From Actinomycetota bacterium (GTDB taxonomy: Bacteria; Actinomycetota; Acidimicrobiia; IMCC26256; PALSA-610), in the NCBI GenBank assembly GCA_005772765.1, contig SXIR01000099.1, positions 3,214 through 67,213 of the forward strand: a DNA stretch of 64,000 bases. The letters run 5' to 3'. The notes under the pieces were generated by a model that was not told the origin of the DNA, made no database searches, and was given only the letters and a program-made list of their open reading frames with translations. The position numbers and the translations under genes were made by a program. Positions 8,464 to 17,842 of the stretch are shown here, piece by piece (within the stretch, counting starts at the first letter, position 1; every line of letters begins with the position of its first letter).

Positions 8464-9405
8464 ATGGGGATGCTCGACGGCAAGGTCGCGATCGTGACCG
8501 GCGCAGGAAACGGCGTGGGCCGGGGCGAGGCGGTCATGCTCGCCGATCATGGCGCGAAGGTGGTCGTGAACGACCTCGGGGGCAGTGTCACCGGCGGTGA
8601 CGGCCCGGCCGACCAGCGCGCCGCCGACGCGGTCGTCGACGTGATCAAGGCCCGCGGCGGCGAGGCCGTCGCGAATTACGACAGCGTGGCCGACTTCGAC
8701 GGTGCCGCGAGCATCGTCGCGACGGCCATCGATGCGTTCGGCCGCCTCTACGTGCTGGTCAACACCGCCGGCGTGTTGCGCGACAAAATGATGTTCTCGA
8801 TGTCGCCCGAGGACTTCGACACGGTCGTTCGGGTCCACATGTACGGCACGTTCAACACGATGCGGCACGCGTCGGAGTACTGGCGCAACGAGAGCAAGGA
8901 AGGTCGCCAGCCGCGGGCGTCGATCATCAACACCGTGTCGAGCGCCGGGTTGCAAGGCCAGGCCAGCCAGATCAACTACGGCGCCGCCAAGGCGGGGGTC
9001 GCGGCAATGACCATCATCGCGAGCCTCGAACTCGCACGGTACGGCGTGCGAGCCAACTGCGTCGGTCCGGGCGGGTTCACCCGCATGGTTGCGCAGGCGA
9101 TGAAGGACATCGAAGTCAAACACCCCGAGGAGTACACCGAGTTCAACAACATGAACCCCGGCAACTCGGCGCCGGCTGTCGTGTACCTGGCGTCGGACGA
9201 CAGCCTTCACGTCACCGGCCAGGTGCTTCGACTCGTCGGTAACAACCTCGCGGTCTACCAGCCGTGGGAGATGGGCGAACAGTTCTTCGCCAAGGACAAG
9301 GAAGGCAATCCGACGCAGTGGAATCCGGCCGACATCGGCCGCACTCTCAACCGCTATCACTTCCGCTCGCAGAACCCGGGCATCGACGCTCAGCGACGCG
9401 CGTAG
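8464..9405 (+). CDS. SDR family oxidoreductase (paralog of 2281..3186)
   Basis: RBS GGAGG. TGAGNGVG, YGAAK motifs. N-terminal sequence is similar to the 2281 gene. Confidence 0.9.
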   Translation: MGMLDGKVAIVTGAGNGVGRGEAVMLADHGAKVVVNDLGGSVTGGDGPADQRAADAVVDVIKARGGEAVANYDSVADFDGAASIVATAIDAFGRLYVLVNTAGVLRDKMMFSMSPEDFDTVVRVHMYGTFNTMRHASEYWRNESKEGRQPRASIINTVSSAGLQGQASQINYGAAKAGVAAMTIIASLELARYGVRANCVGPGGFTRMVAQAMKDIEVKHPEEYTEFNNMNPGNSAPAVVYLASDDSLHVTGQVLRLVGNNLAVYQPWEMGEQFFAKDKEGNPTQWNPADIGRTLNRYHFRSQNPGIDAQRRA

Positions 9406-9413
9406 CCACCACT

Positions 9414-10556
9414 GTGCACGCAGCGATCGTCGGCGCCGCACTGTCGGACATTGGCCGGGTCGACACCAAGTCCGCCTGGGAACTCCATCACCAAGCCGCG
9501 GCGCGAGCTGTCGCCGATGCCGGACTCACACCGTCCGACATCGACGGGATCGGCGGCGGCGCAATCGGCAACCTCGCACCCGTCGAACTGGCCGAATACC
9601 TCGGAATCAAGCCTCGTTGGGCCGATGGCACGGTCGTCGGCGGATCGATGTGGATTTTCCAACTCCAACACGCGATCGAAGCGATCCGGGCCGGACACGC
9701 CCGCGCCGTGTTGCTCGTGTACGCGTCGACCGCCCGAGCCGATCTGAAGTCAGGTCGACGCGCCACCTCGAACCTGAACTTCGGCAATCGCGGTCCAGTG
9801 CAGTTCGACGCGCCGTTCGGACACACCCTGATCTCCAAATACGCCATGGCCGCGGTTCGCCACATGCACGAGTTCGGCACAACCATCGACCAACTCGCAG
9901 AGATCGCGGTCAGCACTCGCTACAACGCGTCACACAACCCCGACGCGTACTACCAAGACCGGATCACGCGCGATGACGTGCACAACAGCCGCATGATGGC
10001 GACACCGCTCACCAAGCTGCACTGTTGCCTGCGCAGCGACGGCGGCGGAGCGATCGTGGTCACGGGCGCCGATGTCGCGCGCGACTGTGCGCAGGAGCCG
10101 ATCTGGGTGCTCGGCACCGGCCAAGCAACGAGCCACACCACGATGACCGACTGGGACGACTTCACCGAGTCACCCGCGGTCGTGTCGGGCGCGCAGGCCT
10201 TCGGTGAAGCCGGCGTTCGACCTGACGAAATCGACTGCTGCCAGATCTACGACGCGTTCACGCCGATGGTGTTGCTGTCGCTCGAAGCGCTCGGGTTCTG
10301 CGGCAAGGGAGAAGGCGGACCGTTCGTCGAAGACGGCCGGCTGCGTCTCGGCGGGGCGCTCCCGACCAACACCGACGGCGGCGGGCTCTCCCACTGCCAT
10401 CCAGGAATGCGCGCGATGTTTCTGCTGGTCGAGGCCGTCCGCCAACTCCGTGGCGTCGCGGATGGTCGTCAGGTTCCTGACGCCCGCCTCGCGTGTGTCA
10501 ACGGGACGGGAGGTTGGTGGAGTTCGGCTGCGACTGCGATCCTGGCGCGGCAGTGA
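9414..10556 (+). CDS. Thiolase-like protein, SCP-x / lipid-transfer (Ltp) type
   Basis: GTG at 9414, just after the SDR stop. C-terminal NTDGGGLSHCHPGMRAMF motif is typical of non-classical thiolases. Confidence 0.85.
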   Translation: MHAAIVGAALSDIGRVDTKSAWELHHQAAARAVADAGLTPSDIDGIGGGAIGNLAPVELAEYLGIKPRWADGTVVGGSMWIFQLQHAIEAIRAGHARAVLLVYASTARADLKSGRRATSNLNFGNRGPVQFDAPFGHTLISKYAMAAVRHMHEFGTTIDQLAEIAVSTRYNASHNPDAYYQDRITRDDVHNSRMMATPLTKLHCCLRSDGGGAIVVTGADVARDCAQEPIWVLGTGQATSHTTMTDWDDFTESPAVVSGAQAFGEAGVRPDEIDCCQIYDAFTPMVLLSLEALGFCGKGEGGPFVEDGRLRLGGALPTNTDGGGLSHCHPGMRAMFLLVEAVRQLRGVADGRQVPDARLACVNGTGGWWSSAATAILARQ

Positions 10557-11709
10557 GCCGACGCGCCCACCCGATCGCGGGGCGTTCGATCGCGAAGTAC
10601 GACACCGTCGACACTGCGATCGTGATCACGAAGCCCTGCGTCGCCATCCACCACGCTGCGCCGGGTCCGCTCACCCCTTCCCAGTCGAACTGGTACAGCA
10701 CGAGCAAGTGCCAGAGATAGAACGAGTAGCTGATCCGCCCGAGGGCCGCCACTGGCTGGAGGCCGGCGACTCGACTCACCGGACCAGGAGTCGAGAGCAC
10801 GACGGCACCGACCACCACCACCGCGACGACCGCCTGCCAGATCGCTTGCGTGACCTGCTCGCCAGGCGGCGGCAGACTTCCGAACACGACATAGGCACTT
10901 TTCGAGACAAACCGCGACATCGCGACGAACGCAACGCCGGCCGCGACCCAGGCGATCGCTGCGGTGCGCGGTCCAACATCGCGCGGCATCGCAGGCGCAG
11001 CCACCAGCGCCGCGAGCGCCATCCCGGGACCCAAGGTCATCAGCGCGGCCGGCACGAAGCGCCCAAAGTCGACGAACATCACGTGGTACCACTCGGCGAA
11101 CAGCCCGACCGCCGTTACTCCTGCGCACACGAGCAGCGCGTTACGAAGCTTCGGCCGAACGACACGGAACGCGACGGTCGTCAGCAGCGGGAGGAACACG
11201 TAGAAGGATGCTTCGACGCTGAGTGTCCACGACGAATGCGCCGGGTCGTAGAACCACGTGTGGAGGAGCGTCGCCCACTGCACGAACCGCAATGCGTCGT
11301 CGGGCTGATAGTCGGTTCCTTCGAGAAACCAGAACTGATCACCCCACGCGACCGCAATGACCAAGAACGCAATCCACGCCGGGTAGATACGCAACGACCG
11401 TCGAATCGCGAACGCTCGCAGCGACGGACCCGGCTCGCCGGCGAACCACGCGGCGAAGAACGGCCGCGCCAACAAGAACCCCGACAACACGAAGAAGATC
11501 TCGACGCCGATGTCGAGGTTGCGTCCGTAGTACTCGAACTCGATCGGACCGTCGAAATCGGCAACCATCGGTGCCAGCACGAGCAGGTGGTAGAGGAACA
11601 CAGACACCGCCGCGATGGCACGCAGCCCGTCGAGCGCGTCGTTGCGCGCACGCGCGGCCACGTCGGTCGACGGCGACACCACGACTCGATTCGAACGTTG
11701 CCTCGACAC
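10498..11709 (-). CDS. Integral membrane acyltransferase (acyltransferase-3 / OafA-like family)
   Basis: ALDGLRAIAAVSVFLYH N-terminal motif and about 10 predicted TM segments. The 3' end overlaps the thiolase gene by 59 bp. Confidence 0.8.
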   Translation of the reverse strand: MSRQRSNRVVVSPSTDVAARARNDALDGLRAIAAVSVFLYHLLVLAPMVADFDGPIEFEYYGRNLDIGVEIFFVLSGFLLARPFFAAWFAGEPGPSLRAFAIRRSLRIYPAWIAFLVIAVAWGDQFWFLEGTDYQPDDALRFVQWATLLHTWFYDPAHSSWTLSVEASFYVFLPLLTTVAFRVVRPKLRNALLVCAGVTAVGLFAEWYHVMFVDFGRFVPAALMTLGPGMALAALVAAPAMPRDVGPRTAAIAWVAAGVAFVAMSRFVSKSAYVVFGSLPPPGEQVTQAIWQAVVAVVVVGAVVLSTPGPVSRVAGLQPVAALGRISYSFYLWHLLVLYQFDWEGVSGPGAAWWMATQGFVITIAVSTVSYFAIERPAIGWARRLTAAPGSQSQPNSTNLPSR

Positions 11710-11753
11710 TCCCGAATCCTACGAACGTTGCCGAACCGCGGTGGGCTTTGCGC

Positions 11754-12380
11754 TCACGGCGTGAACGCGCCCGCTCCGAAGTACCCGTTCTGAACGATCC
11801 GTGCCACGGTCCGGGCGTCGCCGGGCCGGGTCGGGTCGCGGCCGGCGTAATACGCGCTGCGCTCGAGCAACGCCATCAACGACCCCACGGTTGCGGCATC
11901 GTGCGGACGACCCTCCGCTCGCAGCCGACCGGCGAATGCGGCCGCGATGTGACGAAACGCGACGACACCGAGACGGTTGATCTCACGGTCGGCTACGGCG
12001 TTCTCCATCCAGGCGCGGATCACCGGTCCGTAGCGCGCGTAGATGGCAAAGAACTGCTCGACGCATTCGTCGATCGGCGCCACGGACTCGGCATCGGCGA
12101 TCGTCGCCGCCAACGCTTCGTACGCCTGGGCGCACTCGATTGCCAACGCCCCGAGCAGGTCTTCCTTGTTCGTGAAGTACAGGTAGAAGGTGCCGTGCGA
12201 CGCACGCGCTCGGCGCACGATGTCGTCCACTCTCGCCGCGTGATACCCACGATCGGCAAAGACCGCGAGGCCCGCGTTCGCCAACCGGGCACGCGTGCGC
12301 CGACCCTGTGCCCGCAGCGCCCGCTGCTGGGCTGGCTTGTACGCTTCGACCACCCGCGCTCCCGACCCCGAGGCCACCAT
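11754..12380 (-). CDS. TetR/AcrR family transcriptional regulator
   Basis: HTH region RVDDIVRRARASHGTFYLYFTNKEDLL. Alternative GTG start at 12395. Confidence 0.85.
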   Translation of the reverse strand: MVASGSGARVVEAYKPAQQRALRAQGRRTRARLANAGLAVFADRGYHAARVDDIVRRARASHGTFYLYFTNKEDLLGALAIECAQAYEALAATIADAESVAPIDECVEQFFAIYARYGPVIRAWMENAVADREINRLGVVAFRHIAAAFAGRLRAEGRPHDAATVGSLMALLERSAYYAGRDPTRPGDARTVARIVQNGYFGAGAFTP

Positions 12381-13869
12381 GGTGTTGCCTGCCACCGTTC
12401 GCGAAGCGGCACGACGCTTCGGCGATCGTAACGCCTATGTCGCCGAGGCGGGATGGCCGCTCTCGTATCGCGACCTCGATCGGCTGTCGGACGAAACCGC
12501 AGCCGGCCTGCTCACGACGGGCGTTGGTCCCGGCCGGGTCGTCGGCGTGATGTTGCCACCCGGACCCGAGTTCTTGGTCACGTACCTCGCGGTCGCCAAG
12601 CTGGGTGCGGTGACGGCAGGTGTCAACGATCGGCTGTCAGCACACGAACGCCGAGCGGTTCTCGAACGGGCCGAACCGGATCTCGTGGTGAGCACCGATG
12701 ACCTCGCCATCGACGGCTTTGCGACCGCGTCGATCGCCACGGCGACGGCTCCCGACCGGATCTTGGTCGGGATCCGTCGCGACGACCGACCGCCAACGCT
12801 GCCGGACGATCCGAGTCGCGATGTCGCAATCATCTTCACATCGGGAACGACGGGAATACCGAAGGGCGCTCGGTACGGCAATCGACAGTTGGCGTTCATC
12901 ACCCGCACCGATGTGGGCGACCAATGGGACATCGGTGGTCGCGGGTTCACGGGCACGTCGTTCGCGCACCTCGGTTTCATCACAAAACTGGCCGGCAACC
13001 TGCGGCGCGGTGGCGTCAACTTCATGATGACGCGCTGGCGGGCCGACGCCACGCTCGCGCTGCTCGAACGAGAGCGACTCACCACGGTGGCGGGTGTCCC
13101 AACCCAGCTCGCGTTGATGTTGCGCCACCCCGACTTCGATCGGTACGACCTGTCGAGCGTGCAGTTCATCATTGCCGGCGGCGGCCCGATCACCCCCGGG
13201 CTCGCGGCCGAGGCTCGCGAGCGGTTCGGTGCGCGTCTCGCGACTCGATATTCGTGCACCGAGGCTGGGATCGGACTCGGCACGGCATTCGACGCACCCG
13301 ACGACGATGCCGTGGTCTCGGTGGGGCGACCACTCCCTGGCGTCGAGTTGGCCCTGCGCGATGCGGCCGATCTCGAATCGGTGCGCGACGTCGATCTCGG
13401 CGCCATCGGCGAAGTGTGTCTGCGTTCTCCTGCATGCATGAACGGCTACTGGCGCGATCCCGACGCCACCGCAGCTGCGTTCACCCCCGACGGTTTCGTC
13501 CGGACGGGTGACCTCGGCGCGCTCGACGATGCCGGGCGATTGCGTCTCGTCGGTCGGGCCAAGGAGATGTACGTCCGCGGCGGCTACAACGTCTATCCCG
13601 TCGAGGTCGAGGCCGTGTTGTCGACGCATCCTGCCGTCGCCGCGATCGCCGTGGTCCCCCGTCCGGACGACGTCATGGGTGAGGTCGGGGTTGCATGCGT
13701 TGTGGTTCGCCCCGACCAGGCGCTCACGCTGGCGTCGCTGCGAGCCCACGCCGACGGGCATCTTGCGCGGCACAAACTTCCCGAAGCGCTGGTCACGCTC
13801 GACGCGCTTCCGCTCACGGCCGGCGAGAAGATCGACCGACGCGCGTTGCGGTCGTTGCTCGCGCCGTAG
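12379..13869 (+). CDS. AMP-dependent acyl-CoA synthetase/ligase (FadD-like)
   Basis: ATG at 12379 (residue 29 of the ORF). IFTSGTTGIPKGA motif and C-terminal GEKIDRRAL. Confidence 0.9.
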   Translation: MVLPATVREAARRFGDRNAYVAEAGWPLSYRDLDRLSDETAAGLLTTGVGPGRVVGVMLPPGPEFLVTYLAVAKLGAVTAGVNDRLSAHERRAVLERAEPDLVVSTDDLAIDGFATASIATATAPDRILVGIRRDDRPPTLPDDPSRDVAIIFTSGTTGIPKGARYGNRQLAFITRTDVGDQWDIGGRGFTGTSFAHLGFITKLAGNLRRGGVNFMMTRWRADATLALLERERLTTVAGVPTQLALMLRHPDFDRYDLSSVQFIIAGGGPITPGLAAEARERFGARLATRYSCTEAGIGLGTAFDAPDDDAVVSVGRPLPGVELALRDAADLESVRDVDLGAIGEVCLRSPACMNGYWRDPDATAAAFTPDGFVRTGDLGALDDAGRLRLVGRAKEMYVRGGYNVYPVEVEAVLSTHPAVAAIAVVPRPDDVMGEVGVACVVVRPDQALTLASLRAHADGHLARHKLPEALVTLDALPLTAGEKIDRRALRSLLAP

Positions 13870-13933
13870 CCCTCGGACGTTCGCCGCATCCCGCTCGACA
13901 GGGTTTGCGACGACTTCGTTAGAGTCGGCGATC

Positions 13934-15010
13934 GTGGAACTGGAGTTCACCGACGATCAAGACGCGCTCCGAGACTCGATACGCGCCGTCCTCACGCACG
14001 AGGCACCCATTGCGCTCGCTCGCGAAGTCGCCGAACACGGCCGCGGCGCAGACCGGCTTGCGCGCGTCGTCGCCGAACTCGGCTGGGGCGCACTCACCGT
14101 GCCGGAGCAGTTCGGTGGCATCGGATTGGGTCCGGTCGAAGCTGGCATCCTCGCCGAAGAACTCGGACGCGTCGTCGCTCCCGGCCCCTTGCTCGCAACG
14201 GTGTGCGGCTTCGTTCCCTTCGTCGACGCGCTCGGCGACGACGCCCAACGAGCGCGTTGGCTGGGCGCAGTCGCGACCGAAGCCAGCACCGGTTCGATCG
14301 CGGTCGACGGCGACGTGCGCAGCGAGTTCGACGGCGACACCGTCGTGCTCCGAGGCACCGCCCGGTACGTGATCGAGGCTGCGGCCGCCGACGCCCTGTG
14401 CATCGTGACCAACTCCGGGACAAGCGCGGTCGTCGTCGCTCGATCCGAGATCGAACCGGTCGCGATCAACTCGGTCGATCCGACCCGTGCGCTCGCCCAC
14501 CTTCGGTTGAACGACCTACGGGTCAGCGCCGATCGTGTCCTCGGCGGCGGTCGAGACGTGCACGCCGAGATCGAATCGGCCACGCTCGCCATGGTGGGCG
14601 GGCTGGCACTCGAGACGGTCGGGGCCTGCCAGGCCGTCTTCGACACCGCGCTCGACTACGCCAAACAGCGTTCTCAGTTCGGCGTCCCGATCGGTTCGTT
14701 CCAAGCGATCAAACACAAGTTTGCCGACATGATCGTGCTGCTCGAACGCGCCCGCGCGACGGGGTACCTCGCGGCGCTCTGCCGGGCTGAACACGACGAA
14801 CGAGCCGCGATCAACACGGCTGTGGCCAAGGCTGCCGCCGGCGATTGCCAACGCAAGTTTGCCAAGGAAGGCATTCAGATTCTCGGTGGCATCGGCTACA
14901 CCTGGGAAGCCGACATGCACCTCTACGTGAAGCGCATCAAGGCCAACGAGGCGCTGTTCGGCACGAGCGGCTACCACCGCAGCCGCATCGCCGACCTGCT
15001 CGGCGTGTGA
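13934..15010 (+). CDS. Acyl-CoA dehydrogenase family protein
   Basis: GTG at 13934 (residue 143 of ORF 13508..15010). QFGxPIGSFQAIKH and GGIGYTWEADMHLYVKR motifs. Confidence 0.85.
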   Translation: MELEFTDDQDALRDSIRAVLTHEAPIALAREVAEHGRGADRLARVVAELGWGALTVPEQFGGIGLGPVEAGILAEELGRVVAPGPLLATVCGFVPFVDALGDDAQRARWLGAVATEASTGSIAVDGDVRSEFDGDTVVLRGTARYVIEAAAADALCIVTNSGTSAVVVARSEIEPVAINSVDPTRALAHLRLNDLRVSADRVLGGGRDVHAEIESATLAMVGGLALETVGACQAVFDTALDYAKQRSQFGVPIGSFQAIKHKFADMIVLLERARATGYLAALCRAEHDERAAINTAVAKAAAGDCQRKFAKEGIQILGGIGYTWEADMHLYVKRIKANEALFGTSGYHRSRIADLLGV

Positions 15011-15036
15011 GGAGCAAGTCCCCAGCATTCGACGAC

Positions 15037-15104
15037 ACGGTGCCGAAAACTAGACGGTGCCGAAAACTAGACGGTGCCGACTACTAGACAGTGCCGACGA
15101 CGAA
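15037..15104. repeat. 17-bp tandem repeat x4 overlapping the stop codon of the minus-strand gene
   Basis: ACGGTGCCGAAAACTAG occurs twice identically (15037, 15054), then ACGGTGCCGACTACTAG (15071), then ACAGTGCCGACGACGAA (15088). Confidence 0.9.
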
Positions 15105-15839
15105 CTCGAAGAAGAGCCAGATCACTCCGAGCAACGCGAGACCGGTGTAGATCGCGTTGGTGTGCGTGTCGTAGATGATGTTGGTACCACCGGGGTCGCG
15201 TCCACCGATCGCACCGAGCGCATTGGCTTCCATCAGCACGGCGACCCCGAGGATGATCAACCAGAACAGCAGCCGAACGCCGCCACCCGGAAGTTCGAAG
15301 CCGCTGCTGAAGAACAGACCGCCGGTGCCGCCGCCGACCATCGCCGGAATCACGAACAGCGAAAAGATCGTGTTCTGGCGGCTCGCCATGGCGGCCTTGC
15401 GCGCCGCGACGGGAGCGTCGGGGTTCGCTTCGCCGCCAGCTTGGACGTTACGAGCGTTGGCGATCACGGTCTGCTGGTTCGGCCAGATGACCATCCAGAC
15501 GTTGTAGGCCATGATGAACGCGAAGAGGATCGCGGCGGCAAGCACCATGCCGCCGGGCTTCTGGAAGTAGTCGCCGTCGTACAGCATCCCGTCGGCGCCG
15601 TCGATCCCGATGACGAGCAGGCCCGTGCCGAGGGTTGCGAGTGCGGCGTGGCGGAACCAGAACAGACCCCGCCACGTCAGCTTGTCGAAGGCGTTGTTCC
15701 GGGCAGCCGGGTCCATCTCGGCGTAGGCCGGGGTCTGGATGAGGTTGAAGAACCACAAGAGGCCCATCCACATCACCGCTGCGATCACGTGCGCAATCCG
15801 CAGCGCGCCGTTCAATCCTTCTTCGGAAAACAATCGCAT
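15084..15839 (-). CDS. Integral membrane protein, urate-hydroxylase PuuD N-terminal-domain-like
   Basis: ATG at 15839 preceded by GGGAG. Multi-TM. The HVIAAVMWMGLLWFFN motif resembles PuuD-type membrane domains; the functional call is tentative. Confidence 0.6.
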   Translation of the reverse strand: MRLFSEEGLNGALRIAHVIAAVMWMGLLWFFNLIQTPAYAEMDPAARNNAFDKLTWRGLFWFRHAALATLGTGLLVIGIDGADGMLYDGDYFQKPGGMVLAAAILFAFIMAYNVWMVIWPNQQTVIANARNVQAGGEANPDAPVAARKAAMASRQNTIFSLFVIPAMVGGGTGGLFFSSGFELPGGGVRLLFWLIILGVAVLMEANALGAIGGRDPGGTNIIYDTHTNAIYTGLALLGVIWLFFEFVVGTV

Positions 15840-15896
15840 GAGAACTCCCGTGTACCCGATCGAATGGCGGGAACGTACCAAACCACGACCGTTCGG

Positions 15897-16874
15897 TCAG
15901 GGACGGTCGTCGCGCCGCCACCCGTCGGACTCGGCCCCGGGCGCATCGGTCGACCACCATCGGTACAGCGCAACCAGGTCTCGGTCGTCGGCGACGGCGC
16001 GGGCGAACAGGCCGAGGCGTTCGTCGATCCACACGATCTCGGCACGATGCGCGACGACACGGCACGCATAGTGGCCGACCACCTCGCCGGGACGGTCGGG
16101 GCTCGACCACGCCCGGACCTCCGCCGACCCGAGGGCACACTGCGATTCCCTCACGCGGCCCGATGACGCCGACGTCGCCGCGCCCGACGCCGTGGCGAAG
16201 CGAAGGTGGAGGGCGTCGTGATCGGCACGGTCGACCACGACCAGCTCGAGCCGGGCCGGTCCGACGAGCGGCGCGCACACCCATGCCGTGCCCGACTCCG
16301 GGTCGAGGCCCGGAGCCTGGCGACAACGCGCCCGGAGCGTCTCGTCGAGCCACCCCGGCACCGCCGCCCGATCGGGTCGGGATCCTTCCGACGTCGGCAT
16401 CGCTGCGGTGACCTCACGTCCGCGCGATCCGGTCGCGCCGGACGGAGTTTCGGCCACCCCGGCCGACCCCGATCGGGTCGGGCCGGGCCCGATCGAGCGC
16501 AGCACGCCGACCGTACCCAACCCCACGACCAGCGCGATCAGCGCTCCGGCGACGAAGCGACGCATCGTGCGCTGTGGCAGGGAGACCGGCCGCGATCGTC
16601 GGGCGATCGGTCGCGGGCGGCGGGTCGCCGATCGCCGAGAGGTCGGGCGCGCCGATGCCGTGCGCTGATCGTCGAGCGCAACATCGGCCCAGAACGATCG
16701 CGGTTCGGCCCGGCCGAAGGCCACCTCGAGGAGGTGCGCCGCGGGGCTCGCGCACGCATCCACCCCACGGTCGTCCGCCGGTGCTCCTCTTTGGGCCGCT
16801 GCCGATATCTCGCCACGCAACACCTCGCCACGGGTTGCATCATCGTTCGGTCCAGCAGCATCATCGATCGCCAT
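15897..16874 (-). CDS. Hypothetical single-pass membrane protein
   Basis: ATG at 16874 (residue 144 of ORF 15897..17303). TM segment FVAGALIALVVGLGTVGVL. Cys-containing C-terminal ectodomain with no known motif. Confidence 0.55.
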   Translation of the reverse strand: MAIDDAAGPNDDATRGEVLRGEISAAAQRGAPADDRGVDACASPAAHLLEVAFGRAEPRSFWADVALDDQRTASARPTSRRSATRRPRPIARRSRPVSLPQRTMRRFVAGALIALVVGLGTVGVLRSIGPGPTRSGSAGVAETPSGATGSRGREVTAAMPTSEGSRPDRAAVPGWLDETLRARCRQAPGLDPESGTAWVCAPLVGPARLELVVVDRADHDALHLRFATASGAATSASSGRVRESQCALGSAEVRAWSSPDRPGEVVGHYACRVVAHRAEIVWIDERLGLFARAVADDRDLVALYRWWSTDAPGAESDGWRRDDRP

Positions 16875-16893
16875 CGGTGCATGATGACACAAC

Positions 16894-16922
16894 TTGACAT
16901 GATCTGTCGATGTCTCTAGCGT
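16894..16922 (+). promoter_or_regulatory. Putative sigma-70-type promoter: -35 TTGACA (16894-16899), 17-nt spacer, -10 TAGCGT (16917-16922)
   Basis: Direct reading in a locally AT-richer stretch. It would place the TSS about 16929-16931, at the in-frame ATG 16931. Confidence 0.35.
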
Positions 16923-17842
16923 CTCGGGACATGATGCGATCGAAGACGCTGTCGAGTCCCCCGACCCGCCCCCCAACCCGCCCCCCAACCCTCCCACTGG
17001 ACTTCGCGACGACATCGAGGCAACGCACCGCCCTCCGTGCGGGCTTCGCCGCGCAGACCCTCCTGGTGCTTGGCACCGGGACGCTGATGCATCGCCGAGG
17101 CTGGCTCGACGTCGAGCCGCTGATCCGTGGGGTCGCCCGCGAGCGTGCCCACGGGCCCGAGGAGGTGCTGCGCGCCGTCGTCGCCTTCGGCGGCATGACC
17201 GGACTCCTCCTCGGTGTCGCCACCACGCTCGCCACCGCCGCCGCAATGGCTCACAACCCGCGGGCCGCCCGGGCGCTCCGCCCGTTCTTGCTTCCCTTTG
17301 CACGCCGCCTCAGCGCGGGAGCGGTCGTTGTCGCCCTCGCGGGGAACGCCGCGGCCGCCCCGGCACTCGGGGCAACCCGCGCCGCTTGGGCGAGCGCTGC
17401 GGCGCTCGACCCGAACGAACCCGTGGTGCGCACACCGTTCACCACTCCTCGCGCGGCCGACGACCCCGTCGTGCGAGTCCCGGGCACCGCCACCACCGCG
17501 CCGACATCGCCCCGCTCGGATGCTCCCAGCTCGACCGAACCCACGTCGCCACCGCCCGAGCGGCCCGCCGGCGGTCCCGACAGCCCGGCGCCCGCCACGC
17601 AGCTCCACCACGAGGTCCGACCGGGCGAACACCTCTGGGGCATCGCGTCGGCGTACCTGCACTTCTGGTCCGGCACTCCGCCGCAACGCGAGGCCGTCGC
17701 GTCGTACTGGGCACGCGTGGTCGCTGCGAACCGCGACGGCGTCCGCAGCGGCGACCCGAACCTCATCTACGCGGGCGAGATCGTCACGATCCCCTGGCCC
17801 GACACGCTCGTTTCGCCACTTGGTAGGTTCGTCGGCTCCTGA
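16910..17842 (+). CDS. LysM domain-containing membrane protein
   Basis: C-terminal LysM (HEVRPGEHLWGIASAYL...NLIYAGEIVTIP) and three hydrophobic segments. An alternative, possibly leaderless, start is at 16931. Confidence 0.75.
   Translation: MSLASRDMMRSKTLSSPPTRPPTRPPTLPLDFATTSRQRTALRAGFAAQTLLVLGTGTLMHRRGWLDVEPLIRGVARERAHGPEEVLRAVVAFGGMTGLLLGVATTLATAAAMAHNPRAARALRPFLLPFARRLSAGAVVVALAGNAAAAPALGATRAAWASAAALDPNEPVVRTPFTTPRAADDPVVRVPGTATTAPTSPRSDAPSSTEPTSPPPERPAGGPDSPAPATQLHHEVRPGEHLWGIASAYLHFWSGTPPQREAVASYWARVVAANRDGVRSGDPNLIYAGEIVTIPWPDTLVSPLGRFVGS
16958..16993 (+). repeat. In-frame 12-bp x3 tandem repeat encoding PPTR-PPTR-PPTL
   Basis: CCCCCGACCCGC / CCCCCAACCCGC / CCCCCAACCCTC, inside the LysM gene. 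Confidence 0.8.

Noticed and set aside
6583-9441. A 952-aa minus-strand ORF, the longest in the track
   Set aside because: Only the last 290 codons (6583-7455) encode a protein with real features (desaturase His boxes). The upstream 660 codons are Arg/Gly/Asp-rich and run antisense through two well-supported SDR genes (7530-8339 is same-strand but in another frame; 8464-9405 is on the opposite strand). This is a typical high-GC shadow ORF.
15037-15104. Possibility that the short tandem arrays (15037, 26435, 35755, 51587, 504) are CRISPR arrays
   Set aside because: The units are directly adjacent with no unique spacers. Unit lengths (10-17 bp, or 74 bp with no spacer) do not fit CRISPR repeats. 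No cas genes are present.
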